From Stegostoma tigrinum (Eukaryota): a stretch of DNA of 64,000 nt. A model generated the notes under the pieces. The model was given only the letters and a program-made list of their open reading frames with translations. It had not been told where the DNA came from and did no database searches. The translations under genes and the position numbers were made by a program. This document shows positions 1 to 13,689 of this stretch, in pieces (position 1 is the first letter of the stretch; the number at the start of each line of letters is the position of its first letter). The stretch lies in contig NC_081377.1 of the NCBI RefSeq assembly GCF_030684315.1, positions 1,922,001 through 1,986,000 on the forward strand. The letters are read 5' to 3'.

Positions 1-1370
1 TTTCTTCCCCACTCCAAGCGTTTCATCAAATTCCCTCCTTGAAGCCTCAAATTGAAGCTGCCTCTACTAAACCCTCAATCAAATGCAGACTACAACCACA
101 TGCTGTATTAAGAGATCTTTTCCTCATGCCACCACTGCATCAATAACACCAAAAAAAAGGATCATCTATGTCTCAACCCTTTCACCAATGCTAATAGTTT
201 TTCCCCTTTGCATTTTGTTTATACTCAAGATACCTAACAAATCTCATTGTAATTGGTTCCCCAATCCATCCTCAATTAAAATCTCATTCTTGGAGCTATT
301 ACAAGTATTTTATGCACTGTCTCCAACTCCTTTGCAATATTCTGGAAGTGTGCCAACTGAGGTTGAATCAGTGTTTTGTAAAGGTTTGGCAAACTATTCC
401 TATGCTATTTAAGATATTTTCTACTCAACCCATTCAGAGATGTAATGACATACCCTCTGGAGCAAGGTGGAACTTGAACTGGCGCTCCTGGCTCAGAGAT
501 AGGGACATTACCACTATGCCACTAGAGACTCTCGTATGCTTTTTAACTACTTTCTCAACCAGCCTTGTCACCTATAACAATTTGTGCAAAACTATTTCCA
601 GTCTCCCTGAACCTGTGCCACCAGTAGAATTATGCAACAAATTATGTTGCGTTATCTTGATTTGCCAAAATTAACTCTCACTTCTTCTGCATTAAATTAA
701 ATCTTTTATCACCTGTCCATCCATTTCACCAGACTGTGTCCTCATCACTATCCTCCTCATAGTTCATAATATTTCAAGGTTTTGTATTGACTGCAAATTT
801 GCAATTGTGCCTTATACACCCAAGTCTAAGTCGAAAATACATAAAAGGAAAATGAGCAATAACTCTAGTTCCAAACATTTGTCTCAAGTCTGAAGAGTGA
901 AAATTCCCCAATCTGGTTTCTTATGACAGCCAATTTCTTATCCATGCAGCTACTGTTCCTTTCATTCCACAACATTAATGCTGCTGAAAAGCTTATTATA
1001 TAGTACTTTATCTAATTCCTTTTGGAAGTCCACGTATACCACGTCAACCATTAAACCTTCAAAAACCCTGTTACTTCATCAAAACCATATTAGTTGAATG
1101 TGACTTGCCATTAATAAATCTAAGACTGCTTTTCTGAATGAATCTACAAATGTCCAAACGACCACTAATTTACTCCTAAATTATTGTTTCTACAAGCTTA
1201 CCAACCACAAAGATTAAACATACTTTCCTGTAGTCGCTGGGTTTATCCTTTCCACTATTCTCTGAACAAAAATGCAAGCATTGCAATTCAAACATTTCCT
1301 GGCATCAGCCTATGAAGGGTAGGAAAATTATGGCCAGAGCCAATTTCCTCTCTTACTTCCATCTGCATTC
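1..1370 (-). mobile_element. Old, degenerate CR1-type LINE fragment (RT to 3' end), interrupted by a SINE head
   Basis: Reverse-strand similarity to CR1 3'/RT sequence seen elsewhere in the window (e.g. 'ttggaagtccacgtatacc'); no intact ORF. Confidence 0.6.
430..530 (-). mobile_element. tRNA-derived SINE 5' head
   Basis: Minus strand reads gtggcatagtggtaatg...gttcaagttcc, resembling Pol III A and B boxes. Confidence 0.55.
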
Positions 1371-1793
1371 TTGGAGAGTAAGCCTCAATTATTGGTTTGA
1401 GGGAGATTTCTCTGGAGGGAGACCGAGAATAAGTGAGTAACTGGAAACTCTGGTCAAAGTGGGAATTCATGGCAGAGTTAAGACTTACTGAAAGAAGCGT
1501 AGTCTCTAGACTGAGCGGGAAGTGGGAGAGGATCCAAGGCTTACCTGCATGAGACCAATCACAATGCTTGGGAAGCAGATTAGTGAATAAGTTTTGTCAG
1601 TATTTGCAATTTTTTTTTAAGTGAAAAGCTTATTATATAGTACTTTATCTAATTCCTTTTGGAAGTCCATGTATACCACGTCAACCATTAAACCTTCAAA
1701 AACCCTGTTACTTCATCAAAACCATATTAGTTGAATGTGACTTGCCATTAATAAATCTAAGACTGCTTTTCTGAATGAATCTACAAATGTCCA
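985..1793 (+). repeat. 172-bp direct duplication (985-1156 = 1622-1793)
   Basis: The two copies differ at one visible position (gtccaCg versus gtccaTg). Confidence 0.95.
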
Positions 1794-2666
1794 CTTTGTG
1801 TTTAAGTTTCTAGACTTCTGTCTCTTTTCTGAGAACCAGTTGGTTAACTTTTCATAGTGACTCAGTACTTATTCTAAAGGGTAACAAATAGATTTTAGTT
1901 AAAAGATGGCCAATTAGAAAGGCCAAGTGCAGTCATGGACATAGCCTGCGTCCCAAACCAACACATTGGCAGGAACTGAACTTGGATGCACAAGCTTGCC
2001 AAGGAGCTGGAGTTACTGCAAGGCTGAGGACTATGTGGATAGTACATATAGGGAGATGATCAAACCCCAGATTAGAAGCATACAGGCAGCAAGGGAATGG
2101 ATGACTATAAGGTGGTCTACAAGAAAAGTAGGCAGGGAGCATAGCTGTCCCTCAAGTTCAAGTTTACCATGCTTACTAATTGCTACTGTATTTTGAAAAT
2201 TTGGTGAGGGCAACAGGGAAGGTAGAGGCAGGTCCATGGCATCACAACTGACTCAGCTTTACAGGGTAGGAGGAAGAACAGAAAAGCAATAGAGATTTCT
2301 TTGTCAGATGTTCAGACAGGTTTTGCTTTGGCAGTGAACTTGACTCCAGGATAAAGTGTTGCCTCCTTGGTGCTAAGGTCAAAGATGTCACAGAGTGGTT
2401 ACAGAAAATCTCTCAGGAAGAAAATCAGTCAGAAGTCATGGCCCACACTGGTACCTGACATAAGTAGGAAGAGAAGTCAGATTTCATGGAGACAGAAAGG
2501 AAGTTAGAAAGTAGGATCTCAAGAGCAGTAATCTCAGGATTATTCTCAATGCCACATATTAGTGAGTATAAGAACAGGAGGATTGATCAATTAAAAATGT
2601 GGCTAGAGAACTGGTGCAGGAGGGAGGACAAAAGGGAGAATTGGTACTGGTTCTGGGCCAGAAGGG

Positions 2667-2973
2667 ACATAGTACAGGCCCTCCGGCCCTCCATGTTGTG
2701 CCGACCTGTCATACTGATCTGAAGTCCATTTAACCTACACTATTCCATGTACGTCCATATGCTTGTCCAATGATGACTTAAATGTACTTAAAGTTGGAGA
2801 ATCTACTACCGTTGCAGGCAAAGCGTTCCATTCCCTTACTACTCTCTGGGTAAAGAAACTACTTCTGATATCTGTCCTATATCTTTCACCCTTCAATTTA
2901 AAGCTATGCCCCCTCGTGCTCGCCATCACCATCCTAGGAAAAAGGCTCTCCCTATCCCCCTATCTAACCTTCT
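2667..2973 (-). mobile_element. Young CR1 (HER1-like) LINE 3' fragment nested in an older CR1
   Basis: ORF 2735-2932 (TRGHSFKLKGERYRTDIRSSFFTQRVVREWNALP) nearly identical to the C-terminus of ORF 43872-44711. Confidence 0.9.
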
Positions 2974-4239
2974 GACCTGTACAAGCTGAGCGGATTACAC
3001 CTTAATAGGACCGGGACCAACATCCTTGCACTGGAGAGTTGCTTGTACTGAAAGGTTAATAGAATAAAACAAAGAAGGACCAAGAAAATGATAAGGAAGG
3101 GGAGAACTAAATATGAATGCAATCTAGCAATTAAAAAACTGATTATAAAAGCTTTTATGGGCGTATAAAAAGAAAGCAAATAAGGACTGTGTCAGGAGCA
3201 TTCGTAATCAGGAAGAGATAAATTGGAGAGAAGCTAAACAATTATTGTGCGTCTGTTTTCACTAAGGAAGACACCAGAAATCTCCCAGGGCTACAGGGCC
3301 GAATGGCAAGGGAGAATGAGGAATTGACGTAATTAATATTAATGAGAAGATCGTACTGAAGACATTAGAGATGGCAGAACTTGATAAATCCCCATGATCT
3401 GAACTCCAGAGTGTTGAAGGTGATAGAGATAAGCGATTTTGATTTTCGAATTATTCCTGCGGACAGGAAAGTAACAAACATCATCCTATTTCTAAGAAAA
3501 GAGCGATAAAACAAAGGCACTACAGGTCTGTTAGTCTTATATCAGTTGGAGGTAGAATGCTTGAATTTATGATAAAGGATGGGACAAATAAGCTGGTTGA
3601 TAATGATCTGATTAGTCATAATGAACATGGATTTGTGAATAGAAAAGAGTGTTTGACAAACTTGTTATAGTTTTCTGAACATGTTACTAATACAATCGAT
3701 CAAGGAGAACCAATGGATGTAATACACCTAGATTTTTGAATTTTTTTTTTTAAAAAGAGTTTCCCACAGGAGGCTTATTAGAAAGATTAAAACACATTGG
3801 ATAGGAGGTAATGTATTAGTATTAACAATTGGCTAATAAATAGATATCAGTAGGAACAAACAGGCCATTGTTGCTTTGGCAGGCTGTAACTCGTGGTTAA
3901 CACAAGGATTAGTACTTGAACGCCAGCTGTTCACCAAATGAAGATGTAAAGCTGCTTTACGAGGTTTTAGGCAGAGTATATCATCAACAATATGACAGGT
4001 AGAATATAGTGTGGAAAAATGTAAGGTTATCCACTTTGGCAAGAGCTTACTCCTCATTGCAGTATATTATTCTCATAGCTGGAGTGTAATAACAAAGGTT
4101 CATCTAATTGGTTCCTGCAGTGGCAGACTGTCCTGTGAAGACAGAGAAAACTAAACCTGTACTCATTCAAGTTTTGAAGAGTGAGGGGTGATCTCACTGA
4201 AATCGACAAAATACTTAAAAGGGATAAAACAGGGTAGAA

Positions 4240-4450
4240 AACATAGAACAGAGAACAATACAGTGCAGAACAGGCCCTTCAGCCCTCGAAGTTGCGCCGA
4301 CCTGTGAACTAATCTAAGCCCCTCCCCTTACACTATCCCATCATTATCCATATGCTTATCCAAGGACTGTTTAAATGCCCCTAATGTGGCTGAGTTAACA
4401 ACATTGGCAGGCCGGGCGTTCCACCCCCTTACCACTCTGAGTAAAGAACA
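4240..4450 (-). mobile_element. CR1 LINE 3' fragment
   Basis: catagaac...caggcccttcagccc 3'-tail signature on the minus strand. Confidence 0.75.
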
Positions 4451-4754
4451 GATATAGGTAAAATGTTACCTTTGATTCGGGGTCTAAAATTGGGGGAACA
4501 ATTTAAAAACAAAAAGGGGGATTCACAGGTCTCAGACAAGGAGAAATTATTTCACTCAGAGGGTTGTTAAACGTTTGAATCCTCGACCACGCAAGGTTGC
4601 ACAGATTTGGTCTTTGAATGTGTTTTAAATTTGAGATTAATAGATTTCTTCCTACCAACAGCATTCATGGTTATGGGAATGTGGACAAGTAAAAGCACTG
4701 AAGTGTTTGATCAGTCATGATTGTATGAATGGCAGGGAGGCTTGACGGGCTAAC

Positions 4755-5178
4755 AAAGAACTAAGAAAATTACAACACAGGAACAGGCCCTTCGGCCCTC
4801 CAAGCCTGCGCCAATCGAGATCCTCTGTCTAACCCGTCATTTATTTTCTAAGGGTCTGTGTCCATTTGCTCCCCACCCATCCATCTACCTGTCCAAATAT
4901 ATCTTAAAAGACGCTAACATGTCTGCGTCTACCACCTCCGCTGGCAACGTGTTCCAGGCACCCACCAGCCTCTGTGTAAAGAACTTTCCACGCATATCTC
5001 CCTTAAACTTTGAACTCATGACCCCTAGTAATTGAGTCCCCCACTCTGGGAAAAAGCATCTTGCTATCCACCCTGCCTATACCCCTCATGATTTTGTAGA
5101 CCTCAATCAGGTCCCCCCCTCAATCTCCGTCTTTCTAATGAAAATAATCCTAATCTACTCAATCTCTCTTCATAGCTG
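4755..5178 (-). mobile_element. CR1 LINE 3' fragment
   Basis: caggcccttcggccc tail plus RT C-terminal coding remnant on the minus strand. Confidence 0.75.
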
Positions 5179-5589
5179 ACTGGCCTACTGCTCTTTTTAT
5201 GTTCCTACATGCCAATTAATCTGAGGGATTCATCTTTTAAGTAGAAGCAGCCTAACACCTCAATCACTTGTTGAGTAAACAAATTAGCACCTCATCATAT
5301 TCTTTGCATCGTATTTTGGTCCCATGCCTCCATTTACTCCTTTTTACCGTTAATACGTCAATTGAAGATTTTTCATTCCCATTTATATTTGCTGCAAACC
5401 TTTTGCACATTCTCAATCTGGCAGGTATGATCTCAGATTTATTCAGCTAAAGATCCCTCCTTCAAATGCAAACAAAACTTCAGTTCAAGGAGATATGTTT
5501 CTGCATTTTTCACAGTTCAATTGCACTTCACTAAAATCCAAGAGATAACAGTGGAATATCAGCAAACAGAAATTAGAATTAGCTCCAAC

Positions 5590-6445
5590 TTTTAACAACA
5601 TGAGAGAGAATCACCATATGCAAAGGCAACATCATCAAATTTCAGAGATGAAAGGCCTGTCTTATGAGGAGAGATTAAACAGTTTCGACCTATGTTTGCT
5701 AGAGTTTAGATGGATGAGATCTAATTGCAGGAAAGAAGATGCCAAATAAGTTGATAAGGTGGATGCAAAGTGAATGTTTCCCCTTGCGGAGAAAATCCAG
5801 AATGAGAGATCATAGTTTTAGACTAAGGGGTGACAGATTTCAACTTGAAGAGGAAGAGAAATTACTCCTCTCGAAGGATTGCGACTCTATGGAATTCACT
5901 ACAGCAGAGTGCAGTAGAGGCCAGAATAAATTTAGACAGTGTTTGCTGATACGCATTAAGTAGAACTTACGTGGAATGTCATGCACAAATTAAGAAGTGC
6001 TCTGGGAAGTGAGCATGACTTTGAAATGAAGTTCAGCAGTGGCATACCAGATGCAGAATGGGGCATGGGGAAGGATCCCTTAGAGTGAGGAGGGAAGGTG
6101 GCCCAGAAGTAGTCACCCCTTCACCTGGCTTTCTAGCCCCCGACAACTCAACTTCTGGTTCTCAACTGGATCCTGAAACCCCCATCCTCCTGATCTCTCC
6201 CTCTCCTGGACTGTGTCCCCTGGAACTATCTGCATGTGCAAGATCATCTTGAAGATGCTCAAACAGCACATGTGCTGGTGTCAGCGACTGCAGCTATAAA
6301 TTTGAGGAGATAGGCATTTTTTAATTAGTAATGGGTTGAAAGGTTACGGGGAGCAGACAGGCAAGTGGAGTTGAGGCCAAGATGAGATCAACCAGGATCA
6401 TTTTAAGTGGCGGAGCAGGCTTGAGAAACTCAACTGACTACTCTT
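5590..6445 (+). mobile_element. Degenerate CR1 3' fragment interrupted by ~340 bp of unrelated sequence
   Basis: Remnants of the YEERL and KSRMRDHSFRLRG type; CR1 tail resumes at ~6296. Confidence 0.6.
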
Positions 6446-7049
6446 TATGTAAATGTGGTACAGGTTATTCAATAAGATAAATCTGGGCTGACACGCCAAG
6501 TTGGAGAATGTGCAAGAGTGGATAGGTTCCATCGGTCCTCTGGGTAATTAGGGGTACAAAAAACACAAATGCTTTGATTTTGGTGACTTTAAATAGAAAT
6601 TCATTGCATTTTATAACCCGGAACTTCCCCAGTTATTCATTTATTGACACTTTATACTCAAAACTATCACATGATGAACTGAGCTTACCCAACTGAATGC
6701 AGGATAATTAAATACTTTCAAGAGTAATAACTTTGTAGAAACAAGCATTTATTTTTCCCCAAAACTATTTACATTAAACCAAATGCAAATATATCTAAGA
6801 AAACACCACAGAACTTCAGAATAACTGAACTTGACTTGGAAAAACACACAACTTTCGGTCTGGACTAGTGAACAGAATGCAGAAAGTGGTGAAGTACAAA
6901 GATTAGTTGATATTTTCCAGATGGACAGCTGTGTTTTGGTACCTTCTGCAAGTAAAATTTATTCAGGCTCATCCCTAATTGCCCTGGAGATGACTGCACT
7001 TCTAACGACCACCCAAGAATCTTTACAGCACCCAGGAAGTTTCCAACTT

Positions 7050-7530
7050 GAATGACTGTAGTCCCATGGTTAAGCGACAATACTATAGGCAGAGGAGATC
7101 CAGAATTTGTCCCAGCAAGATGAAAGAACACTACGATTAGGGTATGAATGGTGAGAAGCTGGCAGGAAACTTGCAGGTGGCAGTGTTTCCAGGCACCCTT
7201 GTCCTTCTAGATGGTAATGGTAGTGAGTTTGGAAGGTGCTCTTTAAGGAGTCTTGGTAAGATGCTGCAATCCATCTTGAGGATACACACTACTGACACAA
7301 TGTGTTGGTGGTTAATGTGGCAAAATTCAGCAAGTTGCTTTGTCCTGAGTACTGTGAAGATTCTTTAGTGTTGTTGGAACTGCAATCTTCCATTACGTTA
7401 CTGACATGTGTTTTATAGGCCATGGGCAGGGGGAGTCAAGAGGCAATTTACTCACTGCATTATTCCTAGTTTCTGACGTGCTGTTGTAGCCACAATCATA
7501 ACTAGTTCAGTTTCTGGAAGTTTCTAAAGT
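7050..7530 (-). mobile_element. Degenerate fragment of LINE family B (see 51340-53185)
   Basis: Similar to 27850-28700 and 57290-58305. Confidence 0.6.
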
Positions 7531-7739
7531 CGTCAGAAGGCAATTGAGAAGTCACAACATTAGATAAATGACAACCGTTAACAGGAGAAAAATTGTGTTT
7601 AAGAAGAAATATACTGGAGTTTGCTGACGGTGCATTGAGACAGGCCCCTTAACTAAAATCAAATGTGGCATCATCACTCACTCCTGAAAGAAACTAACTG
7701 CTGACCCTCTTCAGCCTTGTTAAGTCTTGTCCATTCTCC

Positions 7740-8140
7740 AAAACCTCCCACTCCAAAGCTCCTTGGATCATTCTGTCACTTTGCAAATTTGTGCCCATCT
7801 TTCTTGGAACTCTACGTTTAACACATTCTGCTCAGGTTTTTAAACTCTGCTACATTACTAAAATAATTTTTATCAAAGTCACAAATGACATCTAATGAAA
7901 TTGTGACAGAAGTTCAACATAGATCTATAGCTTCCAACACAGCTGTTCACATCACCCTTCTGTAATACTGCTCTATTCCAGCTGGGTGGGAGTGCACTCG
8001 TCTGGTTCCACTTTTACTACCTAATCGTACCCAAGAAAACACCATCATTAGCTTATCTTCATATTTCTACAGTCATTTCTATTGTCCACCAAATAAGAGC
8101 ACCCCTTATATTTCTAATCTACACGTTGTCCCAGGGCAAC
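7740..8140 (+). mobile_element. L2-like LINE RT remnant, apparently continuing at ~10440-11130 after a CR1 insertion
   Basis: atcaaagtcacaaatgacatc (IKVTNDI) and FNT/VH-like L2 RT motifs. Confidence 0.5.
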
Positions 8141-8144
8141 TGTA

Positions 8145-10420
8145 ATGGTATCAGTGCCAGCTGGCTAAGATAAATTGGGGAACATTACTTAAAAAGGATC
8201 TCAGTGGATGGGCAATGATAAATGTTTAAAAAGTGCATGAATGAACTGCAACAAGTGTTCATTCCCATCTGGCACAAAAAACACAAAAGGTGACCCGCCC
8301 AAGATTAGCAAAGGAATTCAGGGATAGCATTAGATCCAAGGAAGGGACCTAAAAATTGGCCAACAAAGCAGTAGACCTAAGAATTGGAAACGGCTTACAT
8401 TTCAGCAAGGGAGGAAAAAAGGATTGACTTGGGGGGGGGGGAGAAAGAAGGTTTGAGAATAAGTTTGCAGAGAACATACAGACTGCTTGTTAAAGCTTTT
8501 GTAGATATGTAAAAAGAATAAGTGTAGTGAAGACAAATGTAGGTCCTTTAACAGTCAGAAACAGAAAAGTTGAGGAACAAATACATGACAGGCCAATTAA
8601 ATACATACTTGAGTCTGTCGCCACAAAGGAGGACACAAAGAACATCCCAAAAACGTTGGGGAACATAGTGTCGAGACAGGGGCGAGCACAGGGTCTAGAG
8701 AGAGAGAGAACAACTGAACAAATTAGAATTAATAGGGAAATAGTCTTGGGAAATTTCTGTGAGTAACGCGAATAAATCCCTAGGGCTTGATGATCTACAT
8801 CCAAGAGTAGTTAACGAGGTGGCTCTTAGAAATATTGGGTGCGTGGAAGTTATCTTCCACAATACTAGAGAATCTAGAATGATCCTTATGGATTGGAAGG
8901 TAGTCAATGTAACCCCACTATTCGAAAATGTAGAGAGAAAACAGATAATTATAGACTGGTTAGCCTGACATCGGTGGTGAGAAAAATGCTAGAATCCATT
9001 GTAATATATTGAACAGAAGAGCACTTGGAAAACAGTGGCAGGATCAGATAGAGTCAGCATGGATTTACAAAGGGGAAATCATGCTTAAAGGTGTACTGAA
9101 AAATTGAAGATGTAACTAAGGGGGATAAGGGGAAAACCAGTGCATGTGGTTTACTTGGACTTTCAGAAAGCTTTCAATAAAGCTCCACATTAAAGATGAG
9201 CATATCAAATTAAAGCGTACTGAGTGGAGATGGTACCACTAAGATCTGTACTTGTACCTTCATTATTCACAATATATGATTGAGATGACCGAACGTTGTT
9301 TTCAAAAACAAGGCGGCAGATTATCTGAATGGTGATACATTGGGAAAGGTGCAACAAGACCTGGGTGCCCATCTACACTAGTCACTGAAAGTAATCAAGC
9401 AGTTGCAACAAATGGTATTTTGGCCTTCGCAGAGAGAAAGGATTCAAGTTCTGGAGCAGGGATGTTTTGTAATTGTATCCGGCTTTGGTGAGACCACACC
9501 TGGATTATTATGTGCAGTTTTGTTCTACTTATCCAAGGAAAGAGGTTCTTGCTGCGGAGGGAATGCAACAAAGGTTTATCAAACTAATTCCTAGGAAGCC
9601 AGGGCCAACATATGAAGACGGGGTACATTAAGACTATATTAACTGGTGTTTAGAAGAATATAAAGAGATCCCAAGGAAACCCATAAAATTCTAAAGGAGG
9701 TAGATGGGGTAAACACAGGAAGGATGTTTCCAGCAACAGAGGGGGTCACAGTTTAAGGATGCTGGTTAGGACAGAGATGAGGAGTAATTCTTCACCCAGA
9801 GAATAGCGAGTTCCTGTTTTGCAGTCCTGTCCATGCTCAAGAAGGAGCACACTGTGTTCACTGGCATGATACGGACCTTTAGAAACTGGTGGGCACCACA
9901 TCAGAGATAATAGGAACTGCAGATGCTGATGAATCCGAGAAAACAAGGTGTGGAGCTGGATGAACACAGCAAGCCAAGCAGCATCTTAGGAGCAGGAAAG
10001 CTGATGTATCGGGCCTCTAGGCTCCTAAGATGCTGCTTGGCCTGCTGTGTTCATCCAGCTCCACACCTTGTTATCTCGGCACCACATCATCACCCTGGCC
10101 ATTATTTTGACTTACTAAGTTTCCATTCACCCCAAGTAAGTTTCTGTTGACCATTAATCATTATTTTGTTATGGCCACACATTGTGGGCTAAATCCTTTT
10201 CATTTATTAACAATTTAAAACATGGAAATCTCTGCCACAACAAGAAAAGTTGAAGTCAATGCATTGAATGTTTTCAAAGGATTAGATACAGTTTTTAGGA
10301 CTAAAGGAATCAAAACACATGGGAGGTAGAGGGAACAGGGCTGAGATGGATGATCAATCATGACAAAGTTGAATGATGGATCAGAATAGAACTGTCAAAT
10401 GCTGCTATTTTCTGTGTTCC
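8145..10420 (+). mobile_element. Degenerate CR1 LINE (ORF2 RT region and tail)
   Basis: KSLGLDDLHPRV, DWKVVNVTPLF, SQHGFTKGKSCL and VVYLDFQKAF motifs with frameshifts. Confidence 0.85.
9904..10077. mobile_element. PLE-derived fold-back mini-element, family A
   Basis: Inverted arms; 12-bp TSD ggcaccacatca at 9892-9903 and 10078-10089; arms match the 3' end of the Neptune PLE at 36136-37445. Confidence 0.9.
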
Positions 10421-10619
10421 TCTGTACTATTTCCTGACTGGTTTCTAAACACAGGTTGATAACACCCAGCCAGCTCTAACTCACCACCTTTCAATGTTTG
10501 TGCTGTCCCTATATTGCAAACTACTTAACTGACATTGAGGGCAGTTTTTGCATACATTTCCTCAGATTAAATACAGCAAAAACTGAAGATACTGCCTTTG
10601 ACTCTTGGCTCAAAACCAG

Positions 10620-10747
10620 TTTTCTGAAGAAGGGTACTGACCCAAAACTTCAGCTTTCCTGCCCCTCTGATGCTGCCTGGCCTGCCGTGTTCCTCCAGCT
10701 TCACTGTGTTATCTCTGACTCCAGCATCTGCAGTTCATACCATCTCT
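10620..10747 (+). mobile_element. PLE 3' fragment, family A, with a degenerate hammerhead
   Basis: ctgaagaagggtactgacccaaaacttcag followed by the family-A 3' sequence. Confidence 0.75.
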
Positions 10748-11529
10748 GTTTCCATCTCTTCCTGTTACCATACTGTTCACAAATTCAAGGTTTGACCAAA
10801 ATGAATTTTAAAACATATGTCTGGCTGTCTCCAAGACTCATATAAAAGCACAGACGCTCAAAATCTGAAACAAACAGAACACTGCAGAAACTCAGCATGT
10901 CTGGCAGTATCTTTGGGAAGAGGAACATAGTTAACATTGAGTATAGTATGACTCATCTTCAGAATACTGTGCGTTTGTTCTAAGATTGCCTATTTTGATC
11001 TCTAACATTACCTGTTTCAATTCCTTGCCTAAATTTCTTCATCTTTCTAATTCAGTCCTAAGACAGTCCTTTAAATCTATCTCTTCGACAAAGCTATTAG
11101 TCATCTGATCTATTATCTCCTTAACTGTAGACAGAAAATTCTGAAAAGATTCAGGTCAGGCACCATCTGTGGAGACAGAATTAGAATCAATGCTTCAGAT
11201 CAATCACCTTTCATGAGAACAAAAGGTCATTTACTTGAAATGTTCACTTTGACCTCTCCGCAGAAGCCGAATGACCTGCCCAGTATTCCTGACACCCATC
11301 TTGTTTTTATTTCAGATTTCTAGAATCTGCATATTGTGCTTTTGTCAAAAACAGCTTTTAAGGCTTGGTATCATATTTTGTTTGAAAATGCCTTTTAATC
11401 TACTGGGATGTTTTATTATATTGAAGGTGCTATTTCAATACAAGTAATTAACATGCAGATACGATAAGCAATTATGAAGGCAAATTGGATGTTATCATAC
11501 ACTGTTTCCCTCTTCGCAGTGTAAGAGTA

Positions 11530-12065
11530 AGGAAGTCTGGGTGCAACTGTTTCCAGCTTTGATTAAACAGTACAGATTTGATTTTTGCCCATGTAAAAAT
11601 ACAGTTGTCTTACAGAAAATGTAAAGAAGATTCACAAGATTGATTTCTGGAACAAAGATGTTGTCCAATGAGGAGAGATCAAGTACATTATTCATTAGTT
11701 TTAGAAAAATTAGACATAAAATTCTAATTAAGCAAATTCTTAGAGAGATTGACGTGACAGGTAAATACAGCACATTTTCCTATCTGGAGAATTGAAAATT
11801 AAAAGGTCATAGTTTCAGGATAAGTGTGTGTCGGTTTAAAATTTAGTTGAGGAGAAATGCCTTCATTCAGTATTGTGCAACTTTAGCCTTCTCCACTCTA
11901 AAAGGTCTCTGGTGATACATACAAGACAGAAATTGACTAATTCTTGGACACTAAGGGAATGAAGACATTATGAGAAAGTAGAGTTGATGATGTAAAAGGT
12001 CAGCCACACTCTTACTAAATGACACAGCAGGCACTAGTGGCTGAATAGCCAGCTCTTGTTCTCAT
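11530..12065 (+). mobile_element. Old CR1 3' fragment
   Basis: RRFTRLI...NEER-like remnants and tail. Confidence 0.6.
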
Positions 12066-12321
12066 ATCCAGTCAGTGCAAGACTTAGTAAGCATTACCAA
12101 AGTTCTTCAGGAATATGACAGCGTTGTGCTACAGGAAGATGCCTGGAGCCCAACAGGATTGTGTATAACTCAGTATTTTAAAAAGTGCAAACTATATCTT
12201 GTTAGGAGAAATTCTAATTTTAGGTTATGCAAAATACAATTGTTTGAAGTGAGAAGGTGTAATTATATTCTGGTAGCATTATATCACACTAGGACATTTA
12301 AAACAACAGTTCCTTATGACA

Positions 12322-13112
12322 GAGATAACAAGGTGTGGAACTGGATGAACACAGCAGGCCAAGCAGCATCTCAGGAGCACAAAAGCTGACTTTTCAGGCC
12401 TAGACCCTTCAGAAAGGGGGATGGGGAGAGGGCTCTGAAATAAATAGGGAGAGAGGGGGAGGCAGACCAAAGATGGATAGAGGAGAAAATAGGTGGAGAG
12501 GAGAGTATAGGGGGGAGGTGATAGGTCAGTCCGGGGAGGACGGACAGGTCAAGGAGGCGGGATGAGGTCAGTAGGTGGGAAATGGAGGTGCTGCTTGAGG
12601 TGGGAGGAGGGGATAGGTGAGAGGAAGAACAGGTTAGGGAGGAGAGGGGGATGGGGAGTGGGTTCTGAAATAAGTAGGGAGAGAGGGGGAGACTGACCGA
12701 AGATGGATAGAGGAGAAGATGTGGAGAGGAGACAGACAAGTTAAAGAGGCGGGGATGGAGCCAGTTAAGGTGAGTATAGGTGGGGAGGTAGGGAGGAGAT
12801 AGGTCAGTCCAGGGAGGATGGACAGGTCAAGGGGGTGGGATGAGGTTAGTAGGAAGGAAATGGGGGTGCGGCTTGAAGTGGAATAAGGGGATAGGCAAAA
12901 GGAAGAACAGGTTAGGGTTGCGGGGACGAGTTTGGCTGGTTTTGGGAATGCGGTGGGGAGAAGGGGAGATTTTGAAGCTTGTGAAATCCACATTGATACC
13001 ATTGGGCTGCAGGGTTCCCAAGCAGGATGTGAGTTGCTGCTCCTGCAACCTTTGGCTGCAGGAGGCTTAGGATGGACATGTCGTCTGAGGAATGGGAGGG
13101 GGAGTTGAAATG
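12322..13112 (-). mobile_element. Neptune-type PLE 3' part (GIY-YIG C-terminus plus partly tandem-duplicated pLTR)
   Basis: Minus ORF remnant QEQQL..CLGTLQPNGINVDFTSFK; purine-rich pLTR occurs twice (12322-12636 and 12640-12915); degenerate hammerhead at 12385-12413. Confidence 0.85.
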
Positions 13113-13259
13113 ACTGATACTTAATTCCAAGAACTGCTGCCACTCTGTATACGTTTAATACACTATGGGTTTCAGCAGATTTCTTTTACCTTCATCAAGA
13201 TTTGCATGCTGACTGTCAGAGGTTGTTTTAAAATGCAAAGTTTGTTTTTGTTGCGAATA

Positions 13260-13459
13260 ATAGAACATAGAACATTACAGCACAGTACAGGCCCTTCGGC
13301 CCTCGATGTTGTGCCAACCTGTCGTACCGATCTCAAGCCCATCTAACCTACACTATTCCACGTACGTCCATATGCTTGTCCAATGACAACTTAAATGTAC
13401 TTAAAGTTGGCGAATCTACTACCGTTGCAGGCAAAGCGTTGCATTCCCTTACTACTCTG
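13260..13459 (-). mobile_element. Young CR1 (HER1-like) 3' end
   Basis: Near-exact reverse complement of 44640-44841. Confidence 0.9.
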
Positions 13460-13689
13460 TTGTCATGTTTACCTAGTCTGACACTGGATTGCGTTTTTCA
13501 GTTGAAACAGATGAAAACATGTACACAATACACATATTTGAGTAAAATAAGATAATGCTGGAGATTGGAGACAAAAATAAAACACAAATTGCTGCGAAAT
13601 TTAAAAGTTCTGGCAGCATCTGAGGGGAAAAGCAGAATTAACGTGGCAGCTCAGAAAAAGTGACATAAAACCTCACATTTACGTGACCT

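Larger units (their letters stand above)
1380..5210 (+). mobile_element. Old, internally deleted CR1 LINE with 5' region, ORF1 esterase remnants, RT remnants and 3' tail
   Basis: CR1 ORF1-like remnants AEDYVDSTYREMIKP (~2020-2070), CCLLGAKVKDV (~2355-2390), LYKLSGLHLNRTGTNILA (~2977-3030); RT remnants 3500-3950; nested younger inserts. Confidence 0.7.

Noticed and set aside
9904-10077. DNA-transposon MITE interpretation of the hairpin elements
   Set aside because: Arms are asymmetric, TSD length varies (11-16 bp) and the sequence matches PLE pLTR 3' ends
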